From assembly GCA_016869375.1 (NCBI GenBank), contig VGEH01000005.1:1-59885 (forward strand): a DNA stretch of 59,885 nucleotides. Direction: 5' to 3'. Under the pieces are notes generated by a model, which saw nothing but the letters and a program-made list of their open reading frames with translations, made no database searches and was not told where the DNA came from. The stretch is from Alphaproteobacteria bacterium. Its GTDB lineage: Bacteria > Pseudomonadota > Alphaproteobacteria > SHVZ01. The translations under genes and the position numbers were made by a program. This document shows positions 35,773 to 45,465 of this stretch, in pieces. Positions within the stretch are counted from its first letter, which is position 1, and every line of letters starts with the position of its first letter.

Positions 35773-38195
35773 GCACGCATTTTCGCGCCGGCCGGATCGT
35801 AGGGCGGGTCCTTCAGGATCCGCGCCGGGCGGCGCTCGCCGATGATCTCGATCTCGAAGCCGGACGTCGCAGCAGCGAGCTCCTTCGGCACGTAACCAAG
35901 GGCCAACGACTTCTTCACCGTGTGGCCGTACCCGCCCGAGGTGATCCAGCCGACGACCTTGCCGCCATGCCAGATCGGCTCGTCGCCGAAGGCATCGCCG
36001 TCTCCGGCGTCGACATCGAAGAGCACGAGCCTGCGCTCGCCTCCGGACTTCCGCTCCGCCTCGGCAGCGGCGCGGCCGATGAAGTCCTTCTTCTCCAGAC
36101 GCACGAAGCGCCGCATGCCCGCCTCTTCCGGCCCGTAGATCGGCCGGTACTCCCGTGCCCAGGTGCCGTAGCTCTTCTCCAGCCGCAGCGAGAGCAGCGC
36201 ATGCGTGCCGAACTGCACGACCCCAAGGTCGCGACCGGCATCGAGAAGCGTCCGGTAGAGCAGGCGCTGATGGTCCGGCGCGCACCAGATCTCGTAGCCG
36301 AGCTCGCCGGTGAAGCTGATGCGCGAGACGATGCACGGCACCATGCCGACCGACATCTCGCGGATCGACAGGAACGGAAAGGCGTTCGACGACAGCTCTT
36401 CGCGCACCAGCCGGCCCAGCAGATCTCGTGCCTTGGGGCCGGCGATGGCGAGGCCGGACAGCGCCGCGGTCATCGGCCGGATCGAAACATTGCTGTTGCC
36501 GCGCTGCCGCTCGAACCAGCGGAGGTGATAGGCCTCGGCCGGGCCGGAGCCGATGATGAAGAAACGTTGCTTCCCCAGTCGGCCGACGGTGAAGTCGCCG
36601 ATCAGTTTTCCCTGCTCTTTCAGCATCGGCGCCAAGGCAATCTTGCCCTTGGCGGGCATGCGGTTGGCGAGGATGCCTTCGAGGAAGGCGGCTGCATCCG
36701 GCCCTTTCACCTCGTAGCGGCCGTAGCTCGATGTCTCGATCAGGCCGACACTGCTCCGGACCGCCCTGCATTCGGCCGCGACGACCGGAAAGGCGTTGGA
36801 GCGGCGGTAGGTGACGGTCTCCTCGGCTGGCGTGCCTTTCGGCGCGAACCACAGCGGATATTCGAGGCCGTAGGAGGCGCCGAATACGGCGTTCTCGGCG
36901 ACCAGTTCGCCATGGATCGGCACGGTCCGCAGCGGCCGCGCCGCCGGCAGTTCCTCGTTGGGGAAGCGGATGCGGAAGCGCCGCGAGTAGTTCTCCCGCA
37001 CCTTGGCGTTGGTATAGGCCATGGTCGCCCAGTCGCCGTAGCGCGAGACGTCCATGCCCCAGACGTCGAAGCCGGGATCGCCATGGATCATCCAGTTGGA
37101 CAGAGCGAGCCCGACACCGCCACCCTGGCTGAACCCCGCCATGACGCCGCAGGCGACCCAGTAGTTCTTGAGGCCGCGGACCGGCCCGACCAGCGGATTG
37201 CCGTCGGGCGTGAAGGTGAAAGGCCCGTTGACCACGCGCTTGACGCCGGCGCGGCTGATCGCCGGGAAATGCTTGAAGGCGGTGTCCAGGCTGGCGGAGA
37301 TCCGGTCCAGGTTCTCCTGGAGGAGCTCCGGCCCGAAATCCCAGGAGGTCGTGTCCGGCATCCACGGCACGCCCTCGCGCTCGTAGCTGCCGAGCAGTAT
37401 CCCCTTCCCTTCCTGGCGGAGATAGAGCTCGCCCTCGAAGTCGATGACGTGGACCAGCTCCTTGCCGGTCTTGGCCTCGACCTCGGCGACCTCGGGCGAA
37501 TCCTCGGTGACGATGTAGTGATGTTCCATCGCCAGCACCGGAAGCTCGATGCCGACCATGCGGCCGACCTCGCGCGCCCAGAGGCCGCCGGCATTGACGA
37601 CATGCTCGGCGACGATGGCGCCCTTGTCGGTGACGACGTCCCAGCCGCCCTCGGCGCGCGGGTTCAGCTCGATCACGCGCGTCTGGCGATAGATCTCGGC
37701 ACCGAAGGTCCGCGCCGCCTTGGCATAGGCGTGCGTGGTGCCCGACGGGTCGAGATGCCCTTCCAGCGGGTCGTACATGGCGCCGATGAAGTACTTCTCG
37801 TCGATCAGCGGCAGCCGGCGCTTGGCTTCGGCGGCGTCGATGATCTCGGTGTCCATGCCGAGATAGCGGCCCTTGGCATGAGCGAGCTTCAGGAAGTCCA
37901 TGCGCTCGGGCGTGCCGGCCAGCATCATGCCGCCGGTGATGTGCAGCCCGCAGGACTGGCCGGAGATCCGCTCGATCTCCTCGTAGAGCTGCACCGTGTA
38001 GCTCTGCAGCTTGGCGACATTGGGATCGCCGTTGAGCGTGTGGAAACCGCCGGCGGCGTGCCAGCTCGACCCCGAGGTCAGTTCCAGGCGCTCGATCAAG
38101 CAGATGTCTATCCACCCGGCCTTGGCCAGATGGAAAAGCACGCTGCAGCCGACGACGCCGCCGCCGATCACGGCGACGCGCACATGAGACTTCAT
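35769..38195 (-). CDS. Dimethylglycine/sarcosine-dehydrogenase-family flavoprotein with C-terminal GcvT folate-binding domain, paralogue 1
   Basis: VAVIGGGVVGCSVLFHL FAD fold, SSWHAAGG (covalent-FAD His context), and a C-terminal aminomethyltransferase-like domain (FTGELGYEIW). Confidence 0.9.
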   Translation of the reverse strand: MKSHVRVAVIGGGVVGCSVLFHLAKAGWIDICLIERLELTSGSSWHAAGGFHTLNGDPNVAKLQSYTVQLYEEIERISGQSCGLHITGGMMLAGTPERMDFLKLAHAKGRYLGMDTEIIDAAEAKRRLPLIDEKYFIGAMYDPLEGHLDPSGTTHAYAKAARTFGAEIYRQTRVIELNPRAEGGWDVVTDKGAIVAEHVVNAGGLWAREVGRMVGIELPVLAMEHHYIVTEDSPEVAEVEAKTGKELVHVIDFEGELYLRQEGKGILLGSYEREGVPWMPDTTSWDFGPELLQENLDRISASLDTAFKHFPAISRAGVKRVVNGPFTFTPDGNPLVGPVRGLKNYWVACGVMAGFSQGGGVGLALSNWMIHGDPGFDVWGMDVSRYGDWATMAYTNAKVRENYSRRFRIRFPNEELPAARPLRTVPIHGELVAENAVFGASYGLEYPLWFAPKGTPAEETVTYRRSNAFPVVAAECRAVRSSVGLIETSSYGRYEVKGPDAAAFLEGILANRMPAKGKIALAPMLKEQGKLIGDFTVGRLGKQRFFIIGSGPAEAYHLRWFERQRGNSNVSIRPMTAALSGLAIAGPKARDLLGRLVREELSSNAFPFLSIREMSVGMVPCIVSRISFTGELGYEIWCAPDHQRLLYRTLLDAGRDLGVVQFGTHALLSLRLEKSYGTWAREYRPIYGPEEAGMRRFVRLEKKDFIGRAAAEAERKSGGERRLVLFDVDAGDGDAFGDEPIWHGGKVVGWITSGGYGHTVKKSLALGYVPKELAAATSGFEIEIIGERRPARILKDPPYDPAGAKMRA

Positions 38196-38208
38196 GACTT
38201 CCCCCAGA

Positions 38209-39231
38209 TCACTCGGCCGCCTTGATACCCCGTGGCGCCCGCATCGCCTCGAGCCCGCGGAACTCGACGAAGCGCATCATCGCCGCCCACAGATGATCGC
38301 CGTAGAGGAACGGTTCGAAGGGCGCGATGCCGGAAAGCGGTAGCGGGGCGATCACCGCGTCGACGCGCGGCTCGTAGAAGAAAGGGATGGAGAAACGCTC
38401 CCGCCCCGGACCGATGACCCGATGCTCGGTCGCCTTGATCCGCCCGCCGGTCCAGCGTTCGAGCACGCCGCCGAAATTGATCGCGAGCGTGCCTTCGGCC
38501 GGCGGCACGTCGATCCACTCGCCATTCGCCGCCCGCGCCTGCAGGCCCTCGATGCCGTCCTGGGCCAGCAGCGTGACGAAGCCGGAATCGACATGGGCGC
38601 CGCCGATCAGGTGACGCTGCCGACCCTGGTGGTCGACCTGGATCGTGCTCATGTCGCCGCCGACGAAGGACTCGGGCGGACGCACCGGGTAGCGGATCAG
38701 GCGGAGCGTCGAGTTGCCGCCGGCGAAGGAGGCGTCGAAATGCGACTCAGGCAGGCCGAGGCCGCGCGCGACCGACTGCATCAACACGCCGCCGAGGCGC
38801 TCCATGCCGCGGTAGTAGCGGGTGACGTCGGCGCGCCAGCCCGGGAGCCGCGCCTCCTCCGGCAGGGGCGTCGGCTCGGTCAGCGGATCGCTCGGATCGG
38901 GGACGAAGGCCGGGTCGGCGACGTCCGGCCCCATGTCGATGCCTTCCTTGTAGGTCATCGCGCCGGTCTGGAGCGGGAACCAGCCGTGATAAACGTTCGG
39001 CCGCGCCGGATCGAATTTCCGCCGCCAGAGCCCGCGCTTCTCGGTGTCGGGCAATGTGAAGATTTTTAGAAGACCAGCGCGGACCTCCGCCCCATGCGGG
39101 ATCTCCCGGGGCAGGCCCGAGACCGCCAGGAACCCGACCTCGCCGGCGGCCGCCAGGATCCGGCGATCGACCTCCTCACGGTAATGCGACGGCGGGCCGA
39201 AAAGGGGCGTAACGTCGATGGTCGGGATCAT
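38209..39231 (-). CDS. 2-oxoglutarate/Fe(II)-dependent oxygenase (isopenicillin-N-synthase-like family)
   Basis: Only the C-terminal 340 aa of the 961-aa track ORF are used, from the ATG at 39231 (MIPTIDVTPLF). HxD in GAHVDSGF, distal His in ATEHRV, RFSIPFF. Confidence 0.85.
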   Translation of the reverse strand: MIPTIDVTPLFGPPSHYREEVDRRILAAAGEVGFLAVSGLPREIPHGAEVRAGLLKIFTLPDTEKRGLWRRKFDPARPNVYHGWFPLQTGAMTYKEGIDMGPDVADPAFVPDPSDPLTEPTPLPEEARLPGWRADVTRYYRGMERLGGVLMQSVARGLGLPESHFDASFAGGNSTLRLIRYPVRPPESFVGGDMSTIQVDHQGRQRHLIGGAHVDSGFVTLLAQDGIEGLQARAANGEWIDVPPAEGTLAINFGGVLERWTGGRIKATEHRVIGPGRERFSIPFFYEPRVDAVIAPLPLSGIAPFEPFLYGDHLWAAMMRFVEFRGLEAMRAPRGIKAAE

Positions 39232-39465
39232 CGGGTCTCGTGAGCAGGATGCATCGAACAGTCGACGGGCCGAAGCTACCAAAGTCAACGGGCAACGGGG
39301 GCGCAATCGCGACAGCGATGGTCGCTGCGCGACCATTCCGGAAACGCCGCGGGCTTGCGCCCCTCGGGGGCGCTGGACTAGCCTCGACGGACAAACTGTT
39401 CGTTTTCGATCGCCGCTGCGCCGGAACCGCCACTCATAGGGCGGAATGCGCAGCCCAACGGGGAG

Positions 39466-41139
39466 ATGACCATGTCCGACAAGCTTCATCCGATCGTCGA
39501 GAGGGCTGGCCGCGAGTACGCCGACGGCAAGCTCGACCGCCGCGAGTTCCTGCGCATCGCCGTCCTGCTTGGCGTCGCCGCGCCGGCGGCCTACAGCATG
39601 GTCGGCCTTTCCGCCCCGGCGATGGCACAGGGCGCGCCGAAGAAGGGCGGGACCATCCGCCTCGGCATGCGCGTGCAGGACATCTCGAGCCCGCACACCT
39701 ATTCCTGGATCGAGTCGGCGAACTCGGCCCGCCAGACGCTCGACTACCTGGCAGTCACCGGCATCGACAACGTGACCCGGCCCTCGCTCGTCCAGAAGTG
39801 GGAAGCTACCCCCGACCTCAAGACATGGACGCTGCAGCTCCGCCGCGACGTCAAGTGGCGGAAGGGCCGGCAGTTCACCGCCGACGACGCGATCTGGAAC
39901 CTGAAGCGCGTGCTCGACGACAAGACCGGCTCCTCGGTCGTCGGCCTGCTCAAGGGTTTCATCCTGTCCGAGTTCGACGACGGCCAGAAGGACGCCAAGG
40001 GCAACCCGCGCAAGTCGGTCAAGCTCTGGGATGCGAATGCGATCCAGAAGGTCGACGACTTCACCGTGAAGCTGAACGGCCAGACCGCCAACCTGGCGAT
40101 CCCGGAGGCGCTCTATCACTATCCGCTCCTGATCTGCTCGCCCGAGGACGGCGGCAAATTCGGCATCGGCAGCGACGGCACCGGCGCCTACGAGCTCGTC
40201 GAGCACGAGGTCGGCAAGCGCTCGCTCTACGTCGCCACGAAGACTCCGCACTGGAGCGGCATGGGCCCGAACGTCGACCGCTTCGAGATCATCGATCTCG
40301 GCGACGATGCGGCGGCGCAGGTTTCGGCGCTCGCCTCCAAGCAGGTCGACATGATCTATCAGGGCGCGATCTCGACCCTGCCGACGGTCGAGCGGCTGCC
40401 GCATGTCCAGGTCAACACGGTCGACAGCGGTTATACGGCCGTCGCGCGTACGCATCCGATCAAGCCCTTCGACGACAAGCGGGTGCGCCAGGCGCTGCGT
40501 CATGCAACTGATACAGAGGCGGTGCTCAAGGCCGCCTATCGTGGTCTCGGCAAGCCTGGCGAGCACCATCACGTCGCCCCGGTGCATCCGGAGTACGCGA
40601 ATATCGGCTTCATGAAGCAGGACATCGCCAAAGCGAAGGCCCTGCTGGCCGAGGCCGGTCATCCGAACGGCATCGACTGCCAGATCGATTGCCGCCCCCA
40701 GCCGGACTGGGAACTCCTGGCGGTCCAGACCATGGTCGAGCAGTGGAAGGCAGCCGGCATTCGCGCCAAGATCAACGTGATGCCCTCGGCCCAGTACTGG
40801 GAGAACTGGACCAAGGTCCCGTTCGGCTTCACCACCTGGGCGCACCGCCCGCTCGGCACCATGGTCCTCGGCCTCGCCTACCGCACGGGCGCTGCCTGGA
40901 ACGAGGCCGCCTGGTCGAACGCCGAGTTCGACAAGCTGATCACCGAGGCCGAGGGCTATCTTGACGTCACCAAGCGCCGCGAGGTCATGGCCAAGATCCA
41001 GCGCATCATGCTCGATGAGGGTCCGGTCGTAGTCCCGCTGTGGCGCGCGGTGTTCAACTACTCGGACAAGAAGATCAAAGGCTACAAGATCCATCCGAGC
41101 ATCTACATCGACATCAAGGACCTCTGGATCGACGCCTAA
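39466..41139 (+). CDS. ABC transporter substrate-binding protein, family 5, Tat-type signal
   Basis: DRREFLRIAVLLGVAAPAAYSMVGLSAPAMA signal peptide. Family-5 SBP body. Confidence 0.9.
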   Translation: MTMSDKLHPIVERAGREYADGKLDRREFLRIAVLLGVAAPAAYSMVGLSAPAMAQGAPKKGGTIRLGMRVQDISSPHTYSWIESANSARQTLDYLAVTGIDNVTRPSLVQKWEATPDLKTWTLQLRRDVKWRKGRQFTADDAIWNLKRVLDDKTGSSVVGLLKGFILSEFDDGQKDAKGNPRKSVKLWDANAIQKVDDFTVKLNGQTANLAIPEALYHYPLLICSPEDGGKFGIGSDGTGAYELVEHEVGKRSLYVATKTPHWSGMGPNVDRFEIIDLGDDAAAQVSALASKQVDMIYQGAISTLPTVERLPHVQVNTVDSGYTAVARTHPIKPFDDKRVRQALRHATDTEAVLKAAYRGLGKPGEHHHVAPVHPEYANIGFMKQDIAKAKALLAEAGHPNGIDCQIDCRPQPDWELLAVQTMVEQWKAAGIRAKINVMPSAQYWENWTKVPFGFTTWAHRPLGTMVLGLAYRTGAAWNEAAWSNAEFDKLITEAEGYLDVTKRREVMAKIQRIMLDEGPVVVPLWRAVFNYSDKKIKGYKIHPSIYIDIKDLWIDA

Positions 41140-41150
41140 GGCGTGATCCC

Positions 41151-41195
41151 GGCGGCTTCGCCCTGCGGACGTACAACTCGTCCGCAGGGGCCGCC
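41151..41195 (+). promoter_or_regulatory. Intercistronic stem-loop between the SBP and permease genes
   Basis: CCCTGCGGACG tacaact CGTCCGCAGGG, a perfect 11-bp stem (41161-41189), extended by GGCGGC/GCCGCC with a 4-nt bulge. Confidence 0.55.
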
Positions 41196-41236
41196 GGCCT
41201 TGTTCAGCCCGTTAACGCCAACCGCCCGGAGCGGTG

Positions 41237-42175
41237 ATGCTGCGATATTCGGCGAAGCAGCTCTTGAACATGGCGCTGACGCTGTTCGCGGTGTCGTTCC
41301 TCGTCTTCGCCCTGAACGAGCTGTCGCCCGGCGACGTCACGCGAAAGATCCTCGGACCCTACGCCTCGCAGAGCCAGGTCGACCACCTGACCCGCGAGAT
41401 GGGCTTGGATCGCCCCGCCATCGTTCGCTACTTCGAATACATGGGCAGGGCGCTGACCGGGGACTTCGGCGACTCCATCTACTACCGGCAGCCCGTCTCG
41501 ACGCTCATCTGGGACCGCCTCGGGAATACGCTGCTGCTGGCCGCCATCTCCTTCGCCGTGATCGTGCCGCTCTCGGTCCTGCTCGGCGTGCTCGCCGGCA
41601 TGCGCGAGCGCGGCTGGTTCGACCGCGCCGTTTCTGTCTTCTCCTCGATGTGCGCCTCGATCCCGGAATTCGCCATGGGCGTGTTTCTACTCGGCATTTT
41701 CGTCGTCTGGCTCGGCGTCTTGCCCGGCACCTCGCCGCTCCGCGCCGACTCCGGATGGGCGATCTGGATGCAGTTCGTCCTGCCGGTCCTGGTCGTCACG
41801 TTCTATGACGCCGGATACCTGATCGCGATGGTGCGTTCCTCGATGGTCGAGGTCATGCGCCAGCCCTATATCCGCACCGCCCTGCTCAAAGGCAATTCCT
41901 TCCGCAACGTCGTCGCCAAGCACGCGCTGCGCAACGCGCTGATCACGCCCTTCACCGTGATCCTGCTGCAGCTCAACTATCTGGTCTCCGGCCTCGTCGT
42001 GGTCGAGACCCTGTTCGCCTATCCCGGCTTCGGCCGGCTGATGCTCGAGGCGGCGCTGGCCAAGGACATCGCCGTGCTGGAGGCCGGCACGCTCATCGCG
42101 GTCAGCGTCACCATGCTGACCCAGCTCTTCGGCGATCTCGGCTACATGGCGCTGGATCCGAGGATCCGCGTATGA
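41237..42175 (+). CDS. ABC transporter permease (DppB-like)
   Basis: MLRYSAKQLLNMALTLFAVSFLVF N-terminus and multi-TM body. ATG at 41237; the track used GTG at 41234. Confidence 0.9.
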   Translation: MLRYSAKQLLNMALTLFAVSFLVFALNELSPGDVTRKILGPYASQSQVDHLTREMGLDRPAIVRYFEYMGRALTGDFGDSIYYRQPVSTLIWDRLGNTLLLAAISFAVIVPLSVLLGVLAGMRERGWFDRAVSVFSSMCASIPEFAMGVFLLGIFVVWLGVLPGTSPLRADSGWAIWMQFVLPVLVVTFYDAGYLIAMVRSSMVEVMRQPYIRTALLKGNSFRNVVAKHALRNALITPFTVILLQLNYLVSGLVVVETLFAYPGFGRLMLEAALAKDIAVLEAGTLIAVSVTMLTQLFGDLGYMALDPRIRV

Positions 42176-43077
42176 CGGAAATCATCCACGACGTCCCGGC
42201 CGGACGCGTCGGCGTCATCCGCGATTCGGCGCAATCGACTCCCGCCGGCCTCTTCCGGAGGATCTACGACATCCTGACGCGCTCGCCGATCGGTACGATC
42301 GGCGGCGCCATCCTGCTCACCTGGACTCTGCTGGCGATCTTCGCGCCCTGGGTCGCCCCCTACTCGCCGACCAAGATAGACCCGGAGCTGATCGCCGATC
42401 CCTACCCTTCCGCCCAGCACTGGCTCGGCGTCGATCATCTCGGCCGCGACATCCTCTCGCGACTGATCTGGGGGGCGCGCACGGTGCTGACGGTCGCGCC
42501 GACCGCCGTGCTCGGCGCGGTGATCCTCGGCACCTTCCTCGGCCTTCTCGCCGGGTATCGCGGCGGCATCGTCGACGCGATCATCATGCGGGTCGGCGAC
42601 ACCCTGCTGGCATTCCCCAAGATCATCCTCTACCTGATCATCATCGCGAAGTTCGGCGCCTCGGCCTTCAACATCATTGCGGTGATCACGCTCTCCTCGG
42701 CGCCCATCATCGCGCGCATCGTCCGCGGCGTGACCCTCGACATCAAGAACCGCGACTATGTCGCCGCCGCCCGCATGCGCGGCGAGAGCGCGCTCTTCAT
42801 CATGTTCGTCGAGATCCTGCCGAATGCGCGGGGGCCCCTGATCGTCGATTTCTTCCTCCGGCTCGGCTACACGACGATCGCGATCGGCGTGCTGGGCTTC
42901 CTCGGCGTCGGCCTGCCGCCGCCGACCCCGGACTGGGGCGGCATGGTCAAGGAAGCCTACGGCATGATCTTCGTGTGGCCGCACATGACGATCATCCCGT
43001 CGCTCGCCATCTCCTCGCTTGTCATCGGCGCCAACTTCCTCGCGACAGGGCTCCGCGAAGCCTCGCTCGATGGCTGA
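42172..43077 (+). CDS. ABC transporter permease (DppC-like)
   Basis: ATGA-coupled. OppC-type N-terminus, HWLGVDHLGRDILSRL motif. Confidence 0.9.
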   Translation: MTEIIHDVPAGRVGVIRDSAQSTPAGLFRRIYDILTRSPIGTIGGAILLTWTLLAIFAPWVAPYSPTKIDPELIADPYPSAQHWLGVDHLGRDILSRLIWGARTVLTVAPTAVLGAVILGTFLGLLAGYRGGIVDAIIMRVGDTLLAFPKIILYLIIIAKFGASAFNIIAVITLSSAPIIARIVRGVTLDIKNRDYVAAARMRGESALFIMFVEILPNARGPLIVDFFLRLGYTTIAIGVLGFLGVGLPPPTPDWGGMVKEAYGMIFVWPHMTIIPSLAISSLVIGANFLATGLREASLDG

Positions 43078-45124
43078 GATCCTCGCGTTCGAGCATGTCT
43101 CGATCGCCTATGACGGGCGGGCCGGCCGGCAGATCATCCTGAACGACGTCAGCTTCTCGATCGGCGCGGGCGAAGCGCTGGGCCTGGTCGGCGAATCCGG
43201 CTGCGGCAAGTCGACGGTGGCGCTCGCCACCATGCGCTACCTGCCGCGCGGCATGAGCGTGATCGAGGGCCATATCCGCGTCGAAGGCCGCGACACCGCC
43301 GGGCTCTCCGACCAAGAGCTCTCGCGCATCCGCGGCAACCGCATCGCCATGGTCTACCAGGACCCGATGTCGAGCCTGAACCCGGTGATGCCGATCGGCA
43401 AGCAGCTCATGGAAGTCCCGCTGCTCCACGGCGAGACCGACGAGAAGGCCGCTTTCAGCCGTGCCGTGCAGATGCTGGAAGAGGTCCGGCTCCCCGCCGC
43501 CGAGGCGATGATGGAGCGCTACCCGCACCAGCTCTCCGGCGGCCAGCAGCAGCGCGTCGTCATCGCCATGGCGCTGATGGCCGAGCCCGCGCTCCTGATC
43601 ATGGACGAGCCGACCACCGGCCTCGACGTCACCATCGAGGCGGCGATCCTCGAGCTCGTCCGCGACCTTCGCGCCAAGTTCGGCACCGCCATCCTGTTCA
43701 TCAGCCACAATCTCGGCACGGTCGCGCGCATCTGCGATCGCATCGGCGTGCTCTATGCCGGCCGCATGGTGGAGACCGGCCAGATCGGCACGGTGTTCCG
43801 CGGCCCGGCGCATCCCTATACGCGCGGCCTGCTCGGCGCGCTCCCCCGCCTGAGCGGCGGCGGGCGCCGCGGCAAGCTGCGGCCGATTGAGGGGACCATC
43901 GGGGCCGGCGACCGCTCGCGCATCGGCTGCGCCTTTGTCCCCCGCTGCAGCTTCGCCGTCCGCCATGAATGCGAAGAACGGCCGATTGCGATGGTCGATC
44001 TCGGCGGCGACCATCTCGCTCGTTGCGCCAGGCTCGACGCCATCCGCGCCAGCGTCAAGGACGAGCACGACACCGTCGCCACGGCGGCCGGCAGCAACGC
44101 GCCGATCGTCTTGCGCGTCCGCAAGCTCAGCAAGGAGTACAAGCTGAGCAGCTTCTTCGGCGGCGAGAAGAAGGGCGTCGTCCGTGCCGTGACCGATGTC
44201 GATCTCGACGCCCGCGCCGGCGAGACGCTGGCGATCGTCGGCGAGTCCGGCTGCGGCAAGTCGACCCTGGCACGTATCGTCTCCGGCCTGCTCGCCGGCA
44301 CCTCGGGCGAGGTCAAGCTCGGCGAGACGGATCTGACCAAGCTGAAGGTCGACGACCGCCCGCCCGAGATCCGCCGCCAGATCCAGATGGTGTTCCAGAA
44401 TCCGGACTCCACGCTCAACCCCAGCCACTCCATCGCCTACGCGCTTTCGCGTCCGCTTCGCATGCTGCGCAACCTCGCCAGCGGCGATGCCAAGGCCGAG
44501 GTCTCCAGCCTCCTGGCGCAAGTGCGGCTGCCGGCCGAGATGGCCGAACGCATGCCGCATCAGCTTTCGGGGGGCCAGCGCCAGCGTGTCGCCATCGCCC
44601 GTGCGCTTGCCGGCAACCCCGAGCTCGTCGTCGCCGACGAGCCCGTCTCGGCGCTCGACGTCTCGGTCCAGGCGGCGATCCTCAATCTCCTCGGCGAGCT
44701 GCTCGAGCAGTCGCAGCTCGGCCTCGTGCTGATCTCCCACGACCTGGCGCTGGTCCGGCACATGGCGGACTGGGTTGCCGTCATGTATCTCGGCCGCGTC
44801 GTCGAGTACGGTCCGGTGGAACAGGTCTTCAGCCCGCCCTTCCACCCCTACACCGAAGCCTTGCTGCGCGCCGCGCCGACGCCCGATCCAGATGCCGCTC
44901 CGCCGTCAGCGGCGCTCGAAGGCATGATGCCGAGCCCGACCGAGATCATCGTCGGCTGCGCCTTCGCCAGCCGCTGCCCGAGCCGCATCGCCGGGCTCTG
45001 CGATACGACGCCGCCGCCGGTCCGCCAGTTCGGCGACCATCGCATCGCCTGCCACCTGGACCTCGGCGGTCAGGTCCCGGTCGCGCCAGGCGGCCTGACC
45101 GAGATGCGGTCGTCGACCTCGTAA
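43070..45124 (+). CDS. ABC transporter ATP-binding protein with two fused ATPase domains
   Basis: Two Walker A sites (GESGCGKST twice), two LSGGQ signatures (LSGGQQQR, LSGGQRQR) and two oligopeptide-type C-terminal extensions. ATG at 43070 overlaps the permease end. Confidence 0.9.
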   Translation: MAEILAFEHVSIAYDGRAGRQIILNDVSFSIGAGEALGLVGESGCGKSTVALATMRYLPRGMSVIEGHIRVEGRDTAGLSDQELSRIRGNRIAMVYQDPMSSLNPVMPIGKQLMEVPLLHGETDEKAAFSRAVQMLEEVRLPAAEAMMERYPHQLSGGQQQRVVIAMALMAEPALLIMDEPTTGLDVTIEAAILELVRDLRAKFGTAILFISHNLGTVARICDRIGVLYAGRMVETGQIGTVFRGPAHPYTRGLLGALPRLSGGGRRGKLRPIEGTIGAGDRSRIGCAFVPRCSFAVRHECEERPIAMVDLGGDHLARCARLDAIRASVKDEHDTVATAAGSNAPIVLRVRKLSKEYKLSSFFGGEKKGVVRAVTDVDLDARAGETLAIVGESGCGKSTLARIVSGLLAGTSGEVKLGETDLTKLKVDDRPPEIRRQIQMVFQNPDSTLNPSHSIAYALSRPLRMLRNLASGDAKAEVSSLLAQVRLPAEMAERMPHQLSGGQRQRVAIARALAGNPELVVADEPVSALDVSVQAAILNLLGELLEQSQLGLVLISHDLALVRHMADWVAVMYLGRVVEYGPVEQVFSPPFHPYTEALLRAAPTPDPDAAPPSAALEGMMPSPTEIIVGCAFASRCPSRIAGLCDTTPPPVRQFGDHRIACHLDLGGQVPVAPGGLTEMRSSTS

Positions 45125-45465
45125 TAGTCGCCGGCGTCCTCGGCAAAGATCTGCAGGACGATCCTGAGACCCGTCGGCTCTTCGAGGGTCCCGGCGGTAA
45201 TCGAAACCTGGTCTGAGTCCGTCCTCTCCCAGAACAGGCTCGACCCGCAGTCGCGACAGAAGCCGCGCCGAGCACGCTCGGAGGAGCGGAACCACGCGAC
45301 CTCACCCTCGACCTTGAGATCGCTCTGCGCCACCCGGGTATAAGCGCCGACATGGCCGTGCCAACGGCGGCACTGGCCGCAATGGCAAACGACGACATTC
45401 CGGCGCTCGCCGGTCAGGCGGAAACGGATGGCGCCGCAGAGGCATTGCCCCTTGATCTCGCTCAT
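45070..45465 (-). CDS. GFA-family protein (glutathione-dependent formaldehyde-activating / CENP-V fold)
   Basis: GQCLCGAIRF...CHCGQCRRWHG...CRDCGSSLF Zn-Cys pattern. 131 aa from the ATG at 45465; the track ORF extension is discarded. Confidence 0.85.
   Translation of the reverse strand: MSEIKGQCLCGAIRFRLTGERRNVVVCHCGQCRRWHGHVGAYTRVAQSDLKVEGEVAWFRSSERARRGFCRDCGSSLFWERTDSDQVSITAGTLEEPTGLRIVLQIFAEDAGDYYEVDDRISVRPPGATGT

Noticed and set aside
34117-38115. 1332-aa minus-strand ORF, the longest in the track, spanning the mttB2 and DMGDH-like region.
   Set aside because: Its translation is Arg/Ala/Gly/Pro/His-rich low-complexity text with no recognisable domain. It lies antisense or out of frame to two genes with clear family signatures. 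This is a typical shadow ORF of GC-rich DNA.
35448-38225. 925-aa plus ORF, and the analogous 760-aa plus ORF 47029-49311, antisense to the two DMGDH-like genes.
   Set aside because: Both mirror genuine minus-strand flavoprotein genes. Their translations are compositionally biased (D/R/A/G/H) without motifs. That two paralogous genes each cast a similar shadow supports an artefact.
39232-41094. N-terminal ~620 aa of the 961-aa minus ORF 38209-41094.
   Set aside because: Only the last 340 aa, from the ATG at 39231, form a recognisable 2OG/Fe(II) oxygenase. The upstream part is antisense to the well-supported SBP gene and crosses an obvious intergenic/promoter region.
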